From contig NW_003314316.1 of NCBI RefSeq assembly GCF_000143415.4, positions 194,048 through 258,047 on the forward strand: a stretch of DNA of 64,000 nt. Reading direction: 5' to 3'. Source of the DNA: Selaginella moellendorffii (lineage: Eukaryota > Plantae > Lycopodiophyta). Below the pieces are notes generated by a model that did not search any database, was not told the origin of the DNA, and saw only the letters and a program-made list of their open reading frames with translations. Of this stretch, positions 48,101 through 62,043 are shown piece by piece. Both the position numbers and the translations under genes were made by a program. The first letter of the stretch is position 1, and the number at the start of each line of letters is the position of its first letter.

Positions 48101-51100
48101 TATACAGCATACGCGCTCTCATTCTTCTCACGAACTGCTTTGTGAAGAAGCTTCGACATCTCTGGGTTATTTCCGTGATATTCGGCTGGAACAAAAGAAT
48201 GTTAGAACAACAATAATTTCATATTCAAACATTACCGCCATTTCTAAACTGAATAAATCCATAGTTTTCGAGTTTTTTGGCTCCTTCGTCCGACAAGCCT
48301 TTGGCCCAAAATGATACAGATTCACGAGCGAGCTAAATTGCGTAAAGTATCCTTTTAGTTAAGTCAGGAAAAATAAAGCAAACAACGAGCCAATCAAATA
48401 CCTCATCTAAAGTCACTCCTCCTATACGTGAGACGCTTCCCCTAAACGCGGTATCTACAACTTCTTTTCCAAGGCCATAAATTTCAAAAATTTGTGCTCC
48501 ACAGTAGCTGCAAGAACGATTAAGCGTTAGTACGAAAATATCTTGCGGAATTATTAACGAACAAACCTTGATAGAAGAGAAATTCCCATCTTCGAAAGAA
48601 TTTTTAACAGGCCAGCTCTAACCGCCTGGTGCTACAATGTTAGTATAGATGTGTTAACAAGACAAAGATCTTCACCTTGCGAAAATTCTGCTGCGCCTGT
48701 TCTATTGTCACGGTGGGTATTTTACCATTCTTCATCAGCCCAACAGTTCTGTTGCTCAGACGCCATTGTCTACACGTTTCTAAGGCCAAATAAGGACAAA
48801 TTGCACTGCAACAAGTTAAACAAGTTTAGAATGATAAAAGAACACAAAAGCAGAATGCGCAACATTACCTTGCACCATACCCAACAAGGCATGCAAAATG
48901 GTGTGTACTGAAGCATTGAGCAGTATCAGCAATAAGAGATGCTGACGTGCGAAGTCCGTTCTGAATAAGGTGGTGGTGTACTGCTCCTACCGCAAGCAGC
49001 ATCGGTATGGCAGGCTTAGTGGCTACCTGCACTTCAAACGAGCGTTTAATACCGGACACTTTAGCCACTATGGAGACAAGCATACCAGGTCATTTGCTCT
49101 GTCGCTCAAAATCAAAAGCTGTGATCCTCCACGTACAGCCTCATCAGCAACTTCACACAGCTTGTCCAGTGCAGAAGAAAGTGATCCTTCAAGTCCATTA
49201 CTAATATCAAAGAACGTTGGAATTGTCGAAGCCTTCAAAACTGGATCCGTCTTCAAAGTTTCGAGCTCTCCTTCGTTCAATACCGGGCTCAGTAACTTCA
49301 GCTGCACATGCAAGACAATAGCTGGATGATTAAACTGCAACTATAACCCGCACCTGAGCAGCATTCTCAGCTTTTGGTTCCAGAATGTTTTCTCGCTTCC
49401 CAATATTGACGTCAAGAGACATCACAAGTCCCTCCCGTAAAGGATCAATAGCAGGATTTGTTACCTGCAAAACATTAATCTTTATGTCCATCCAAAGCCA
49501 ATAGCTCTAGTTACCTGAGCGAATCTTTGCTTGAAATAGTCATACAGCATATGACCTCTCTGAGACAGAACAGCCAGAGGGATATCGTCCCCCATACAAA
49601 ACGTCGGCTCTTTGCCTTGCGATGCCATGCTTTCTATAACCATTTGGACATCCTCAGATGAATACCCAAATGCCCTGAAATCTAAAGACATGAGCACATG
49701 TAAACCAGCATAAAACAATAAACGGCTTACTGTTGTCTCTGAAGGAGCTTATCAGTGTCCATAAACGGTTCAGCTGAAAATTTACAAACGGGAAGACTAC
49801 GGCTTTTCTCATCCAGCCATTGGCGATAAGGATGTGAAAGAGCGACCCTCTTTTTCACCTCCGTATTTTCGGATACCTGTAGTAGCTTCATCACGTTATT
49901 ACAAATGCAAAGCATGTTCTTCTTCTTGCCTTTCCAGAGTTCAAGTCTATGGCTATCATCATCCCAGGGCCTAAACGACCTTTAGAGATGATATCAGAAT
50001 CCGGAATCGGGAGAACGCCCACCTATGTAACGGCATGGTTGTAGTTCTCTTCAAGTATAGCTAAAGGTAACGTGCTTCCATACCTCAGAAGCGACATACA
50101 GCATTCCATCCTTCGTTTCCCAATATCGAGCAGGACGGAGCCCGTTTCGATCAAGGCAAGCGCCAACTGTCCTCCCATCACTTCAAATACATCCGTTAAG
50201 GAACGTCTTCCTTTGAAAAAAATTAGCTTGTACCTGAAAAGGAGCAATGCAGGTCCGTCCCATGCTTCCATCTGGCCTGTGTAATACTCGTAAAAGTCAA
50301 TAACCTGGTACAGACCGGAGAAATAAGTAACAAATCAACTGCTGTTGGCATAACAAACCTCCGGATACTTGATGGACAGTGTAGGGTGATTTTTGTAAGC
50401 CTCTGGAACGAGCATCATCAGAGTTGCTTCCGGGGTTCGTCCGCTCCTCATTAAAAGCTGAGATAGATTACTTTTAGAGGCTGTTCAGTTCGAAATAAAT
50501 AGCATACTTACTTCAGCAGCCATGTCAAGGTTGGCCGAATCAGAAGCCCTGGGATTTCCAAAAGGTCGAAGTTCCTCCTCTCTCCCCCGCCAGACGGCAC
50601 ATTTTAGAGAGGCCTCTCTTGAACGCATCCAGTTAAGATTGCCCTTCGCAGCTATCACTGTAAGATGAAGATTCGCGACGCTCAGAAGGCGCTGCTTACC
50701 TGAAGTGTGTTGATCTCTCCGTTATGTCCCAAGAATCTCATCGGTTGAGCTAGTGGCCATTTCGGATTGGTGTTTGTGCTGTACCGTCTGTGATAAATCG
50801 CAAAAGTTGATGTAAAGCTCTTCTCGCGGAGGTCCAAGTAAAACTGGCCAAGGACTTCCGACCGCAACATTCCCTTGTAAACGATGGTCTGAGCAGACAG
50901 GGAACAAAAGTAGCACTCGTCCCCCCATGCTTCTCCTTCGATTTCCCGTTCGACCAGCTTTCTCGATATATACAGCTCCCTTTCAACATCCTCCACCGTA
51001 CTCTCGCCACTGACCTTGACAAACACCTGTTCAATTGTTGGAAGGGCCATTTTCGCGTAGTATCCGACGACTGAAACGTCAACTGGAACTTTTCGCCATC

Positions 51101-51838
51101 CCAGAATCTCAAGGCCTTCACGATTGAAGACTTTGCAGATAGCTAGAAACGAAACCCGAAAAAAAAATACCGAGAGAAAGTCAACTATAAGATGTCGCTC
51201 AAATCCTATGAAATTCACTCACCTTGTTTGGCAGCGATGGCCGACGCTTCGTCTCGTGGAAGAAAAACCATTCCCACTCCAGAGTTGGACTGATCGGGCA
51301 AAGGCAATCCTTGCTCCTGAAACCAGCTGTTAAGCATGTCCCAAGGAATTCTCGTCATTAAACCGGCACCATCGCCAGAATCGCTATCGGCACCACAGCC
51401 GCCGCGATGCTCCATGCAGCCAAGGGCTGTCAGTGCATCCTCGATAACTTTGTGAGAGGACTCTTGCTTGGTGCTGGCTATAAACCCCACGCCACACGCA
51501 TCGCGTTCCGCTAGGATGTCTTCTAGATCGGCCACCTAGAATTTCATCCATGAAAAATTTGCTAGAAGAGAAAATTCGCGTACCTGGAAGCGTGATGGCG
51601 AAGAATCCCTGCTTTTGAGAGACTGTGCGCGAGTGGAGCCATCGGGAAGAGCCTGCGCCCATGCCCGATATCGATTGTCGCAGGGATTATGGAGAAATCG
51701 TCGTTGCAATCCACCGAATGCTGGAAACCTGGCCCTGGCGGCGATAGCAATCGAGCTCGAACGCGCGGCGGCAGCTCCCCGAGAATCTTGGAACCTGGAA
51801 ACGTAGAGAGTAGGGCTATTTGCCAGATACACAGCCAT
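45143..51838 (-). CDS. GLU1: Ferredoxin-dependent glutamate synthase, chloroplastic (~30 exons)
   Basis: Transit peptide then DACGVGFIA (N-terminal Cys), [68 protein letters not shown] (3Fe-4S), GERFAVRNS. No NADH beta-domain. Confidence 0.97.
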
Positions 51839-52033
51839 AGCGCGATTGAGCTGGAATCGATCCTGGTGATGAGAGAAGACGCCGCCTCCTAATCTAGCAT
51901 TAGCCCAGCTCCATCCACCGATCGACCGAAAGGAGCCCCCTTAGGTAAGTGCAGAGAAAGCACACAAACAATATCGTCCTTCTGACAAGGAATGAAAAAA
52001 ATTATAGGAATGCGCTACATGGTTGGAAATCAT

Positions 52034-52043
52034 GCCACGTGGC
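52034..52043. promoter_or_regulatory. Palindromic G-box GCCACGTGGC upstream of Fd-GOGAT
   Basis: Perfect 10-bp palindrome ~200 bp upstream of the ATG, next to a second ACACGT. Confidence 0.55.
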
Positions 52044-52894
52044 AACACGTACCCTAAACTCTATAAGTTCTAATATAAAAAAATATAACTATAAAATTGA
52101 TAAAAGTTAAGCATAAATATTCTTACATAGCTCTATTGTTGTCCAAGTTAAAAGGCAATAAAAAAGTTCTTGGATGAAGTAATGAAGGTTTCACACCACA
52201 CTATAGTGAATAACAATCTTTTTGGCCATTGGCATTTTGATTGTTAAGAGGTACAAGCTTATATTATTATAGTAAGTTTAATGTTTTTATCAAAGAGTAA
52301 TACAATATTTCAATAGATTATGATAAATATTTAATATTATTGCATTTATTTTATTTTGGAACCCTCCAAATACATTGTTTGATGGTATTATAAACAGCAA
52401 TATCCATTGTCCTCAACACATGCCATTTATTGACCAAGTAAATATTATATGACCATATCACATTAAATGTTTATCATACATTACATGAACTAAATTACAA
52501 TCTAATTGCATATGCAAAGAATAATTTCTATTACGAGGTTGAAAAAATTCACCACTATATAGATTTGAAAATCTTGAATAATCTTTTAAACTTCTAATGC
52601 AGTTGTACTTTGGTTTGAATTTCATCAATTATAAATCTGTTTATTGACTGCTTTAATATTAATATCAATCTTTTCATTAGTGTTTTCAACTGTATATGAA
52701 ATGCTATACCTGCCACAATATATCCACTTATACCAAAATTTTAACATTTCAAAATCACGTTGTATAATCTCCCGTAACATCCTAAATAGTATTAATCTTA
52801 TAGATCTACCAGGATATATGACACCAAAGCTGGGAAGAACGAAGAAACAGATTTACGTCCCAAGGCCGGAGCCATTAACTTCGTCCCCGGAGTG

Positions 52895-53190
52895 AGCGTG
52901 ATGCGGTCTTATGCCTGCATAAGTTTTCCCGTTTAGCTTTCGGTGGTTTGACCACAAACACACAAGCTTACCTCCAGACAGGATCACAGAGTTTTGCACG
53001 TCTTCCTCACTGCAAATCTCCAGTTATAAAAATAGTGAAGAAAGCACATTGGACAGTTCCTGTGCCGCTCTGTGAACCTTCGACCTCTCTTAAAATAAGT
53101 ACTCACCTCTTGCAAGATGTTCGTATGCTTTTCCTATGGCTCGATGTTGAAGCTGGGTATGAATGCGCAGCCAAGTGCAGTGCCCGTGTC
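52895..53190 (-). pseudogene. 3' end and 3'UTR of a second F-box paralog, truncated by the assembly gap
   Basis: Near-copy of ~56195-56500; reads DTGTALGCAFIPSFNIEP* with stop at 53134-53136. Confidence 0.7.
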
Positions 53191-53290
53191 NNNNNNNNNN
53201 NNNNNNNNNNNNNNNNNNNNNNNNNNNNNNNNNNNNNNNNNNNNNNNNNNNNNNNNNNNNNNNNNNNNNNNNNNNNNNNNNNNNNNNNNN
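53191..53290. other. Assembly gap (100 N)
   Basis: Run of N. Confidence 1.
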
Positions 53291-53893
53291 GAGAAGATCT
53301 TGTCTCACTTCCTTCGGCGTGAGTCGAGCTGTGAAATCCCGAGAACGTGTGTTACCAAAGGTAAAATCGACTAGATTGATTGGAGTGCGGCAGTGCGGAT
53401 CCTTGTCCATTCTCTGGCTCAGATTCTGGTGCAGGCAGGCCAGGCGCAGCAAGATCACTGCGCGGAGCTGCAAAATCCCGAGAATGTCGCAAGGGCGTAT
53501 ATCTGATTGGAGTACCTGGAGCAGATCGGCCGAGGGCAGCAAGATCTTTCGGCGGCAGCGCAGCAGATTCCGGCGGGCCGCTCGATTTTCCCCGCTGCGC
53601 CCTCTCTCCCCGCCCCACCGAAACTTACGACTATCATTTTAGGGCTTCCTCCAGGGCAATCTTCGCGATCACGCTTTCTAATTAAGAAGGTAGAGAAGTG
53701 ACGTTGCCTTGCTCGATGAGTCCAACTGTGATTCTTGCATGTGTTTTTAGCTATCTGCGAAGTCTTCAATCGTGAAGGTATCGAGATTTTGGATTCCAGT
53801 TCACGTTTCAGTTTTGCGAGAGTAGGCTTTTACATCAACTTTTGCGATTTTCACAGTCGGAGGTAAGCTGAAAACGTTTATCTTAAAACTGGA

Positions 53894-54095
53894 GCTGCTG
53901 AAGTCCGCTATCTCAGCTAGCTTTTAATGAGGAGCGGACGAAGCAACTCTCATTCCAGAGGCTTTGTCCATCGATAGGTTCCTGATTTCTCCCACTTTCT
54001 ATGAGCATGGGATGGACCTGCATTTTCAGGTGTCAAGTTAATTTTGAAACTTCTTTGGTATGTGAGGTAACAGGTTCCATCCTGCTCGATATCTT
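53894..54095 (+). pseudogene. Inverted, heavily deleted Fd-GOGAT fragment
   Basis: CTATCTCAGC...CTTTTAATGAGGAGCGGACGAA...TTCCAGAGGCTT...GCATGGGATGGACCTGCATT matches the reverse complement of ~50120-50520. Confidence 0.75.
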
Positions 54096-54437
54096 TTGAA
54101 GTCTAGAAAAACATTATCAGTGCTAGTGTCAAGGATCTGCTGCTTGTTGAGTCTTATGGGAAAGCCCATACTAATATCCATGCTTGGGCAGTGATACTTG
54201 CAATGATATCATAGATAAAGATTTCACTATTGTAATGGAGGAAAAACATTTGGTAGAAAACGGTTCACTAACTTCGTTTTGGATTAAGGTAACGTGGTTA
54301 GTTAGTAATAGAGACAATTGCTCATAAGTAGTTCACAATTACAGTGCTGCCAAAGAAGATTTATAGAGAACCAATCAAGTAATATATGTACTTTACCATT
54401 ATAGTTACATTGGAAAACAAATAGTTAAAAAGTTTTT

Positions 54438-54505
54438 GAGGGACTGTGCTCAAGTGGAGCCATCCAGAAGAGCCTGCACCCATGCAATAGCGTATATATC
54501 GATTG
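54438..54505 (-). pseudogene. Fd-GOGAT exon-1 fragment
   Basis: GACTGTGC...GTGGAGCCATC...GAAGAGCCTGC...CCCATGC...ATATCGATTG matches ~51620-51677. Confidence 0.7.
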
Positions 54506-56445
54506 AGCATTTTGCCATCCAAAATGTGCTTAAAATCTAGCTTGTGGACTGAAAAATGCACATCCACAAGCTAACATGTCAAAACAAAAAAATGACATAA
54601 AGACATAGTGCAAAAAATTGCATATGTGGTGTGGTGTTAATTTGGACTTTGCCATGTATATGTGATGATCACCATTACATTCCCACGCATAAGGAAATTA
54701 GTTATAGTTTTATGATTATATAACTTAGCTATGGAAATTATACTTGCTTATAATGGTGAAAATATATAAGCATAGAATAAAGTTGAGGTGTGTATGAAAA
54801 TAATGAAGTTGAGGTATATTTTATTTTCAGATGTATTATATGAGTTTTATTATATTAGTTCTAGAGTTAATCACAACGGTTTGATTGAAGAATATCCTAA
54901 AAATACTTGAATTTTCTAAAAGAGTAAAGGAAAAAAGACAATAATAAAACCATAAATAATAATGTATAATTAGTTAAACATTTTGAAAGGCATAGAAATT
55001 TGATTAAAAGAAAATACAAGCTGCTTTTAGCTCCAGTGCATGTGATTTAATGCCCATAATTATATACACTTAATGGTAGTGTTACTTGTAACAAAGTAAA
55101 AATAAAATTTCTAAATATTTATCCTTAAGTAGATTAACACTCATAATGTGTTTCTTCATTTAAGAAGAAACCAGTTAAATAGATTGAGACAAATTCCAAT
55201 AGTCACAGAAATGACTTAGCAATGAATTTATATAGTGATTAGTGCTCAAATATACATCACTAATAACTTAAGTAATAGAAATAGAATACATGAGAATAAT
55301 ATATCAAGAATCAATATACTTTGAAAGAAATTAAATTTGTTATGCTAACAAATATATGCTACCCTCTTATTTGATCAAAGGTGGTTTTGTTTTTCAAAGC
55401 TAAATCAAGTTTTTAGTCAAGTTTATTCTAGTTTTGTTTCTCTCTCCCTCTCTATTTCATAAGATATCTGTGTACATACATCAGGTGGCTCGGCATATAT
55501 AAGCTACATTTTATTATTTTGTTTTCTTATATAATAATTTATTGTTCCTACTTATCACGGCAAAAATATTAGATAAAATATTAAAAATAATTAGTAATAT
55601 AAATGAGCTAGTAATTACTAAAATTATCTAAACAAGTTCAATTAGATTAAGTGGTAGTATGAGACATTGTTAATTTGTGTTCCTGTCGAAAGACAGCGAC
55701 ACAGAAAAGTCTGCTTGTACGAGTAAGAGCAATGCCTATCTGAGGTTGAAGAGGAGGAAACGCAGAGGGCTACAGAGGTGCACGCAGGAAATGTGACTCA
55801 CAGAATTTCCTTACTCGAGCTTGCACGTCGCGGCAGGAAAGAGCTCCGGTAGAGCTCACTCGCCCACGGCGGCAGCAGAAATTCAGCCTGAGGATCACCT
55901 CTAGATATTAGTACATTCTCTTCAGATCAGTGGTTTAAAGTAGTGTTTAGTATAATGTTTCAATAAATAATGAAGTATTTACACACAATGCCTTCAATCC
56001 ACATTCTCCCGAGAGCTCTTCCCTCGGCAGGAAATCGCCCACTCAGCGTTCCTTCGGCAGCAGCAGCCTTTCCAGCATCCACAAATCGCGGAAGAAACAT
56101 GTTTTTCTGCAGTGGAATGTTGTGGACCTTGAGCGTCGGTTGACAGGAGCTCTGTTGCTATGCAAGTCGTAGCTTGGCGTGGTAAGAGCAGATCGGGCGT
56201 GATGCGATCTTATGCCTGCATAAGTTTTCCTCTTTAGATTTTGGTGGTTTGTCCTCAAACACACGAGCTTACCTCGGCGCAAGCGCAGGCAGGATCGCAG
56301 AGTTTTTCACGTCTTCCTCACGGCAGATCTCCAGTTATGCAAACAGTGAAGAAAGCACAAAGAAAAGTCCCACCTTTGGACCGCCCCTGTGCTGAACCTT
56401 TGTCCTCTCTTAAAACAAGTACTCACCTCTCGCAAGATGCTTTTC

Positions 56446-57569
56446 CTATGGCTCGATGTTGAAGCTGGGTATGAATGCGCAGCCAAGTGCAGTGTCCGTG
56501 TCCGCACTCGCAGAGCAAGTTGACGAGTGCCAAGTTGAGTCCTCGAGGTTGTACGCATATGGAGCATACGCATACACAGTCTTGTAGCGATCCGAGAAAC
56601 TATTGTGCTCCCAACAAGCAGCGCCTGGATATCCGAGTTTTCTCTCGACGGCATCCTGCCATACAGCTCCTTATACCGCCTGCTTGACAAAACCTTCCAC
56701 TCTCCTGCCACAGTGTCCAGCTCCCAGAGCACCACGCAGCTAAACGAGTGCGTCACCATGAAATTCCTGCCTCTCCACCTCAAGACATCGCATAAGGTGG
56801 TGCAGTCAAGCTTATACTCCTTGTAGACAGACTCATTGAGGGGAGTTGGATCACGACCACCAACGAAGTGCTTGTGACAAGACCAGGCCATGGAATCTGG
56901 ATTGTAGGCCATGAGAAAGTATGGAGGGTAATGGAGCCCCGCGCTTCCAATCACGGAGCCATCAATCTTCGTGTTTGCGCAGTCGTGCTCGCCAATAAAG
57001 GGCACTGCCGAGGTCCAAACCCGCGACTCTGAATCATACTGGCGCGCCTGGTAGATCACTTGGTAGTCAACGCCATCTTCACTGTAGGTGATGACCAGCT
57101 TGTAGGAACCTTTGGACGGATCAGCCTGGAGATGGATCCTTTCCATGGTGTAGAGCGGACGAGAAGGGATATCGATTGGAGGCAACCGCCTCCATTTGCT
57201 TGTCAATGGATTTCCTACCACAAATTTCCATGCTGTGTCAGGCGTGTTCCAGTAGCGGCCCTCTTCTGGTAGCAATCCGCAAACCAGGCCGTGTGAAGAA
57301 GAAACCCCAATGGAGAAACACCCACGAGGCCCTGGATTCAATCCGGTAGATCTTCTTGCGCCGCTGCCCGGGAACCACACTTCTCTGTGGATGCTGTCCT
57401 TAGTGCGCAAGACACAACAGACCTCGTCCCTTCCCTTCCATTGCTTGGCGAATTCGTGAGAAGTAATGGCGCTGTCCCAGGATCTACAAACGCATCGCAG
57501 CCTCCCTAGATCGTCAAGCTCCAGGCTCGCAAACACCCGGAGCAACAAATCCTCCGTTAGGCGCTCCAT
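56446..57569 (-). CDS. F-box/kelch-like protein with an apparent 1-nt frameshift near 56598
   Basis: F-box MERLTEDLLLRVFASL...LRCVCRSW; SSHGLVC, VGNPLTSKWRRLPP, YDSESRVW. The natural C-terminus (YNLEDSTW...FIPSFNIEP*) is in another frame. Confidence 0.85.
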
Positions 57570-58454
57570 GCTGCCTGTTGGAAGGAAAACTCAATTTATA
57601 TGCCCCTTATCGTTAAGGGGAAAAAATCACGTTTTTTTCCAGTAGTGTCGAGCTCGAAAAATCACTTCTTGTTTTCTATGACTTCCACTATAGAACCGTG
57701 TCTCTTTGTGCTCGTAGCAGCCAATGTAGCTACCATATCGAAGCTTGAAGAGGCTTAGAAGACTGTCCGCGATGCCCACAAGCATATCACATTAGAACCC
57801 GCGCCATCATCCAAGCAAAACACACCCTGGTAGCTCATGCTTTGGTTCAATCTCGTCCCTGCTGAGAACGTCTCTCCTGCAGAAGCTTTCCATTTAGCGG
57901 GGTGCTGCTCGAAACACACCTTCAAGTTAACGAACGTACCTTGGATGCTGACAGGAGTTGAGAGCTCTCCTCATTGCATTGCATTCTCTCGTCCATGTAG
58001 CTGCATACAAACAAACAGGATTTGAGAGAGAGAGAACAAAAAGATTCGATGAGCGGTTTACCTCACGAAAGGAGCAAGTTTGTCCACCAGTGGTTGACAC
58101 TAGAGATTCTTTTCTCCCCGAATTTTGTAGACTGCTTGCTCTCTCGAAGCTCCCTCAATATTTTATCTACAGCTGTTGCTTGCCACAATAATCTCCTTAG
58201 TTTGTTACTGGACAACACAAACAGTGAAGAGAAAAAAAGGACAAATCCCACCTCCGTCTTCTGGTTTTGCCTCTTCAAATGTTCCTCTCTTTGGAACGTT
58301 CGTAAATCCATCGAAAAAGGAAATACAGTACCACATTGTGCGCTCGCCCTGGCTGGAGCTGATAAAATTTTAGCACGCTCGTCAACCCAAGTCCACCGAC
58401 ATGAATGATCTGATTGGTTCCACCGTTATAAGTTACAACAAGAAAACAAAAGTA

Positions 58455-60760
58455 GAACGCACCTCTACATTAGCCTGGAGGAGAAATAAGTGAGGCGAAA
58501 TTCTTGATCGAAGGACCTATAAATCAAGTTAAGACGTTCAAGAAAATCATCTACAGTCGGTAACTCATATACAGCGTACGCGCTCTCATTCTTCTCACGA
58601 ACTGCTCTGTGGAGAAGCTTCGACACCTTCGGGTTATTTCCACAGTGTTAGAACAAATAATTATTTTGTTGATCCTAGTATCCTGCGGAATTGCATACCT
58701 TGATACAAGAGAATTCCCATATCGAGACAATTGTCGACCTGCATACTAACATTTTAATTGGCTTGTTAAAGTTTCTGTTGCCGCGCCCCTTCTGTCGTCA
58801 CCTGAAGACAACACGTTTCTAAGGGCAAGGTTCAAAGGTTAAAATGATAGTACCATAAGCCAAGAAGTCTGTGTACAAAAGCATTGGGCAGTATCAGAGA
58901 TGCTGACGCGCGAAGTCCGTTCTGAATAAGGTGGTGGTGTACCGCAAGCAGCATCGGTATGGCAGGCTTTACCTACACTTCAAACGAGCGTTTAATACCG
59001 AGAACTTCAGCGAGACAAGCATACCAGTTCATTCGCTCTGTTGCCTCGCTCAAAATCAAAAGCTGCGATCCTCCACGTACAGCCTCATCGGCAACTTCAG
59101 CTTGTCCAAGAAAGTGATCCCTTCAAGTCCATTACTAATGTCAAAGAACGTTGGAATTGTCGAAGCCTTCAAAACTGGCAAAGTTTCGAGCTCTCCTTCG
59201 TTCAATACCGGGCTCAGTAACTTCAGCTGCGCATGCAAGACAACAGCCAGATGATTAAACCGCAATTATGACCCGCACCTGAGCAGCATTCTCAGCTTTT
59301 GCTTCCAGAAGGTTTTCTCGCTTTCCAATATTCATGTCAAGAGACACCTCCCGTAAAGGATAACGGGAGGATTTGTTGCCTGCAAAATCTCATTCCCTGA
59401 GCGAATCTTTGCTTCAAATAGTCAAACAGCATATGAACAGAACAGCGTCCCCCATACGACTCTTTGCCTTGCAATGTCATGTTTTCAGTAACCATTTGGA
59501 CACCCTCAGATGAATACCCAAATGCCCTGAAATCTAGAGACATGAGCACACGTAAACCTGCGTAAAACAATAAACGGCTTACTGTTGTCTCTGAAGGAGC
59601 TTGTCAGTGTCCATAAACGGTTCAGCTGAAAATTTACAAACAGGAAGGGTTCTCATCCATCCATTGGCGATAAGGATGTGAAAGAGCGACCCTCTTTTTA
59701 ACCTCCGTATTTTCGGATACCTGTAGCCTCAGCACGTTATCACAAATGCAGAGCATGTTGTTATTCTTGCCTTTCCAGAGTTCAAGTCTATGGGCTATCA
59801 TCATCCCAGGGCCTAAACGACCTTCCGAGATGATATCAAAACCAACCTTCATAAGGGCATGGTTTTAGTTCTCGTCAAGTATAGCTAAAGGTAACGTGCC
59901 ATCCTTGGTTTCCCAATATCGAACAGGACGGAGACCGTTTTGATCAAGGCAAGCACTGTCCTCCCATCACTTCAAATAGATACGTTAACGAAAGTCTTCC
60001 ATTGAGGAAATTAGCTTGTACCTGAAAAGGAGCAATGCAGGTCCGTCCCATGCTTCCATCTGGCCTGTGTAATACTCGTAAAAATCAATAACCTGATACA
60101 GACAGGAGAAATAAATCAGGGCATAACAAATCTCCGGATACTTGATGGACAGTGTAGGGTGATTTTTGTAAGCCTCTGGAATCAGAATCATCAGAGTTGC
60201 TTCTGGGGTTCGTCCGCTCCTCATTAAAAGCTGAGATAGATTACTTTAGAGGCTGTTCAGTTCGAAATAAATAACGTACTTACTTCCATCCGCAACAATG
60301 CAAATCCATCCCATGCTTCCTTTGTAATACTTATAAAAATCAATAACCTGATACATATCGGAGAAATCAGCTGCTGTTAACCTCTGGATACTTGACGGAC
60401 AGTGATTTTTATAAGCCACTGGAACGAGAATCATCAGAGTTGCTTCCGGGGTTTGTCCACTCCTCATTAAACGCAGAAACGCCTCCTAGTTTTGGAGAAG
60501 AGAGACAAAGTACTAGATTGGTTTTTCTCAATTTTTTTCGTTGTGCTTCTCTTCTTAGGACAAGACTGGAATCTAAGTTCTTAACGATTAGCCGACAAGT
60601 CCAAGTCCTTTGCATCTTTACAATCTCTTTGTTCACCTGGAAATTTGGAAAAGAAGTTAGAAAGCTCTTCAGTTGTATACTTTGGTCGGCCAACTGGAAG
60701 ATTAGAGAATATGAAAGAGAGAAGTTTGTCTTACTTTCTGAGAGAGACTACTGGCTGAGC
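58455..60760 (-). pseudogene. Unprocessed Fd-GOGAT pseudogene with introns, many deletions and rearrangement
   Basis: Colinear with ~47210-50520 including introns ([28 protein letters not shown]). Internal repeat at ~60300-60470; out-of-order piece at ~60600-60750 matching ~45445-45680. Confidence 0.92.
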
Positions 60761-62043
60761 AAAGCATGCAAAAACATTTTAAATCGATTGATCAAAAGCC
60801 AAGAGCTTCCTTAAACTCAATTTTTATTTTTTCTAGAGGAGAGGGTTGACATGTGCCAGATTGAGGCTAATAGAAAAAATAAAACAATTGAAGCTAAAAA
60901 ATTAATATAGAATTGAATTATCTCACATATTCGAATATCAAAGCCACCATGAATTTGGAAAGTTGCTGCAAGTGTAATAGCTTGAGGTGAATAATCTAAC
61001 CAAAAAAAAAAGAGTTAAAATTAGCCCCTTTTTTTTATTTTACCATGGATTTGTCTTTAAAAATTTCATCAACTGAGAAGTATTCTTTCTCTTCAGCAAA
61101 TAGGTTCTCTTCTTCAGCAGCTTTAATCTTCAAAGCACAACGACGGCATAGTTGGAGAGCAGAAGCAATGCTGACAATGGAAGGGGCACGACATAGACAC
61201 GAGTTGGAATGGCAAAAACATGGTATCTGTTCATGCTAGCCTCAAAACCATAGGTAGAAAGGGTGATAGAGGGGCCATAGCTGACTTGTTTTTCACTTTT
61301 TTAATATTTGCACGGAGGTCTTTCAAAGCCTTTTCTTCTTCTAGCATGGAGAGTGCCTTATTGATGAATTTGGAATAGTGCTGAGAAATTCGAATAGTTC
61401 AAGAAACGAAATTACACAAGAAGAATTCACTTGTAGTGCTGCCTCCATCAAAATGGCATATATGTGAAACTGAGGAGCCAAAGTGAAGTAAATAGATTTT
61501 CATTTGGAATCCAATAAACAAATGGAGCTATGAATAATGAAAGTGTAGTTTATAAGATCTCCAAATTAGACCTTGATTCAAATAACAAATTGAAGTTTGC
61601 AAATAGAATATAATGTTGTCTCTTGCAATATATAATAATAGCAACAATTAAGTGTATGTATCTGGTTTTGGAATGCATTACTTCATGAGGTTTATCAATG
61701 TCAGTCAGCTTCATTTATGAGATTACTTTACCAAAGATGCCAAAGTGAAAATATCACTAACATAACATTATTTAAATAACTTTTCCTTCACTTGAAGCAT
61801 TAAGTATTAAGCATTGAAATAAATATAAAACATTAGAATAAACATGAAAGAATATTTTGGAACAATAATGCAAATATACTTCATCAAATGTCTACTAGAA
61901 AATGTAACCCAATCATACTTAAGACACCACCTGTACTTTGCCTTGCCAAATAATCTCATAAAAATATACATTGATGATCTGTGTCTGTTAGATAAAATTC
62001 AAAACATAAATGCTAAATACCTTTGCAGACCCATATTTTTCTT

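Noticed and set aside
53291-53800. GC-rich overlapping ORFs next to the gap
   Set aside because: Possibly the 5' end of a gene, but no recognisable product and truncated by Ns.
57700-58440. Short ORFs upstream of the F-box gene
   Set aside because: No coherent exon chain or motif.
61040-61450. Cys-rich/acidic exon-like fragments
   Set aside because: Interrupted by stops and unassignable.
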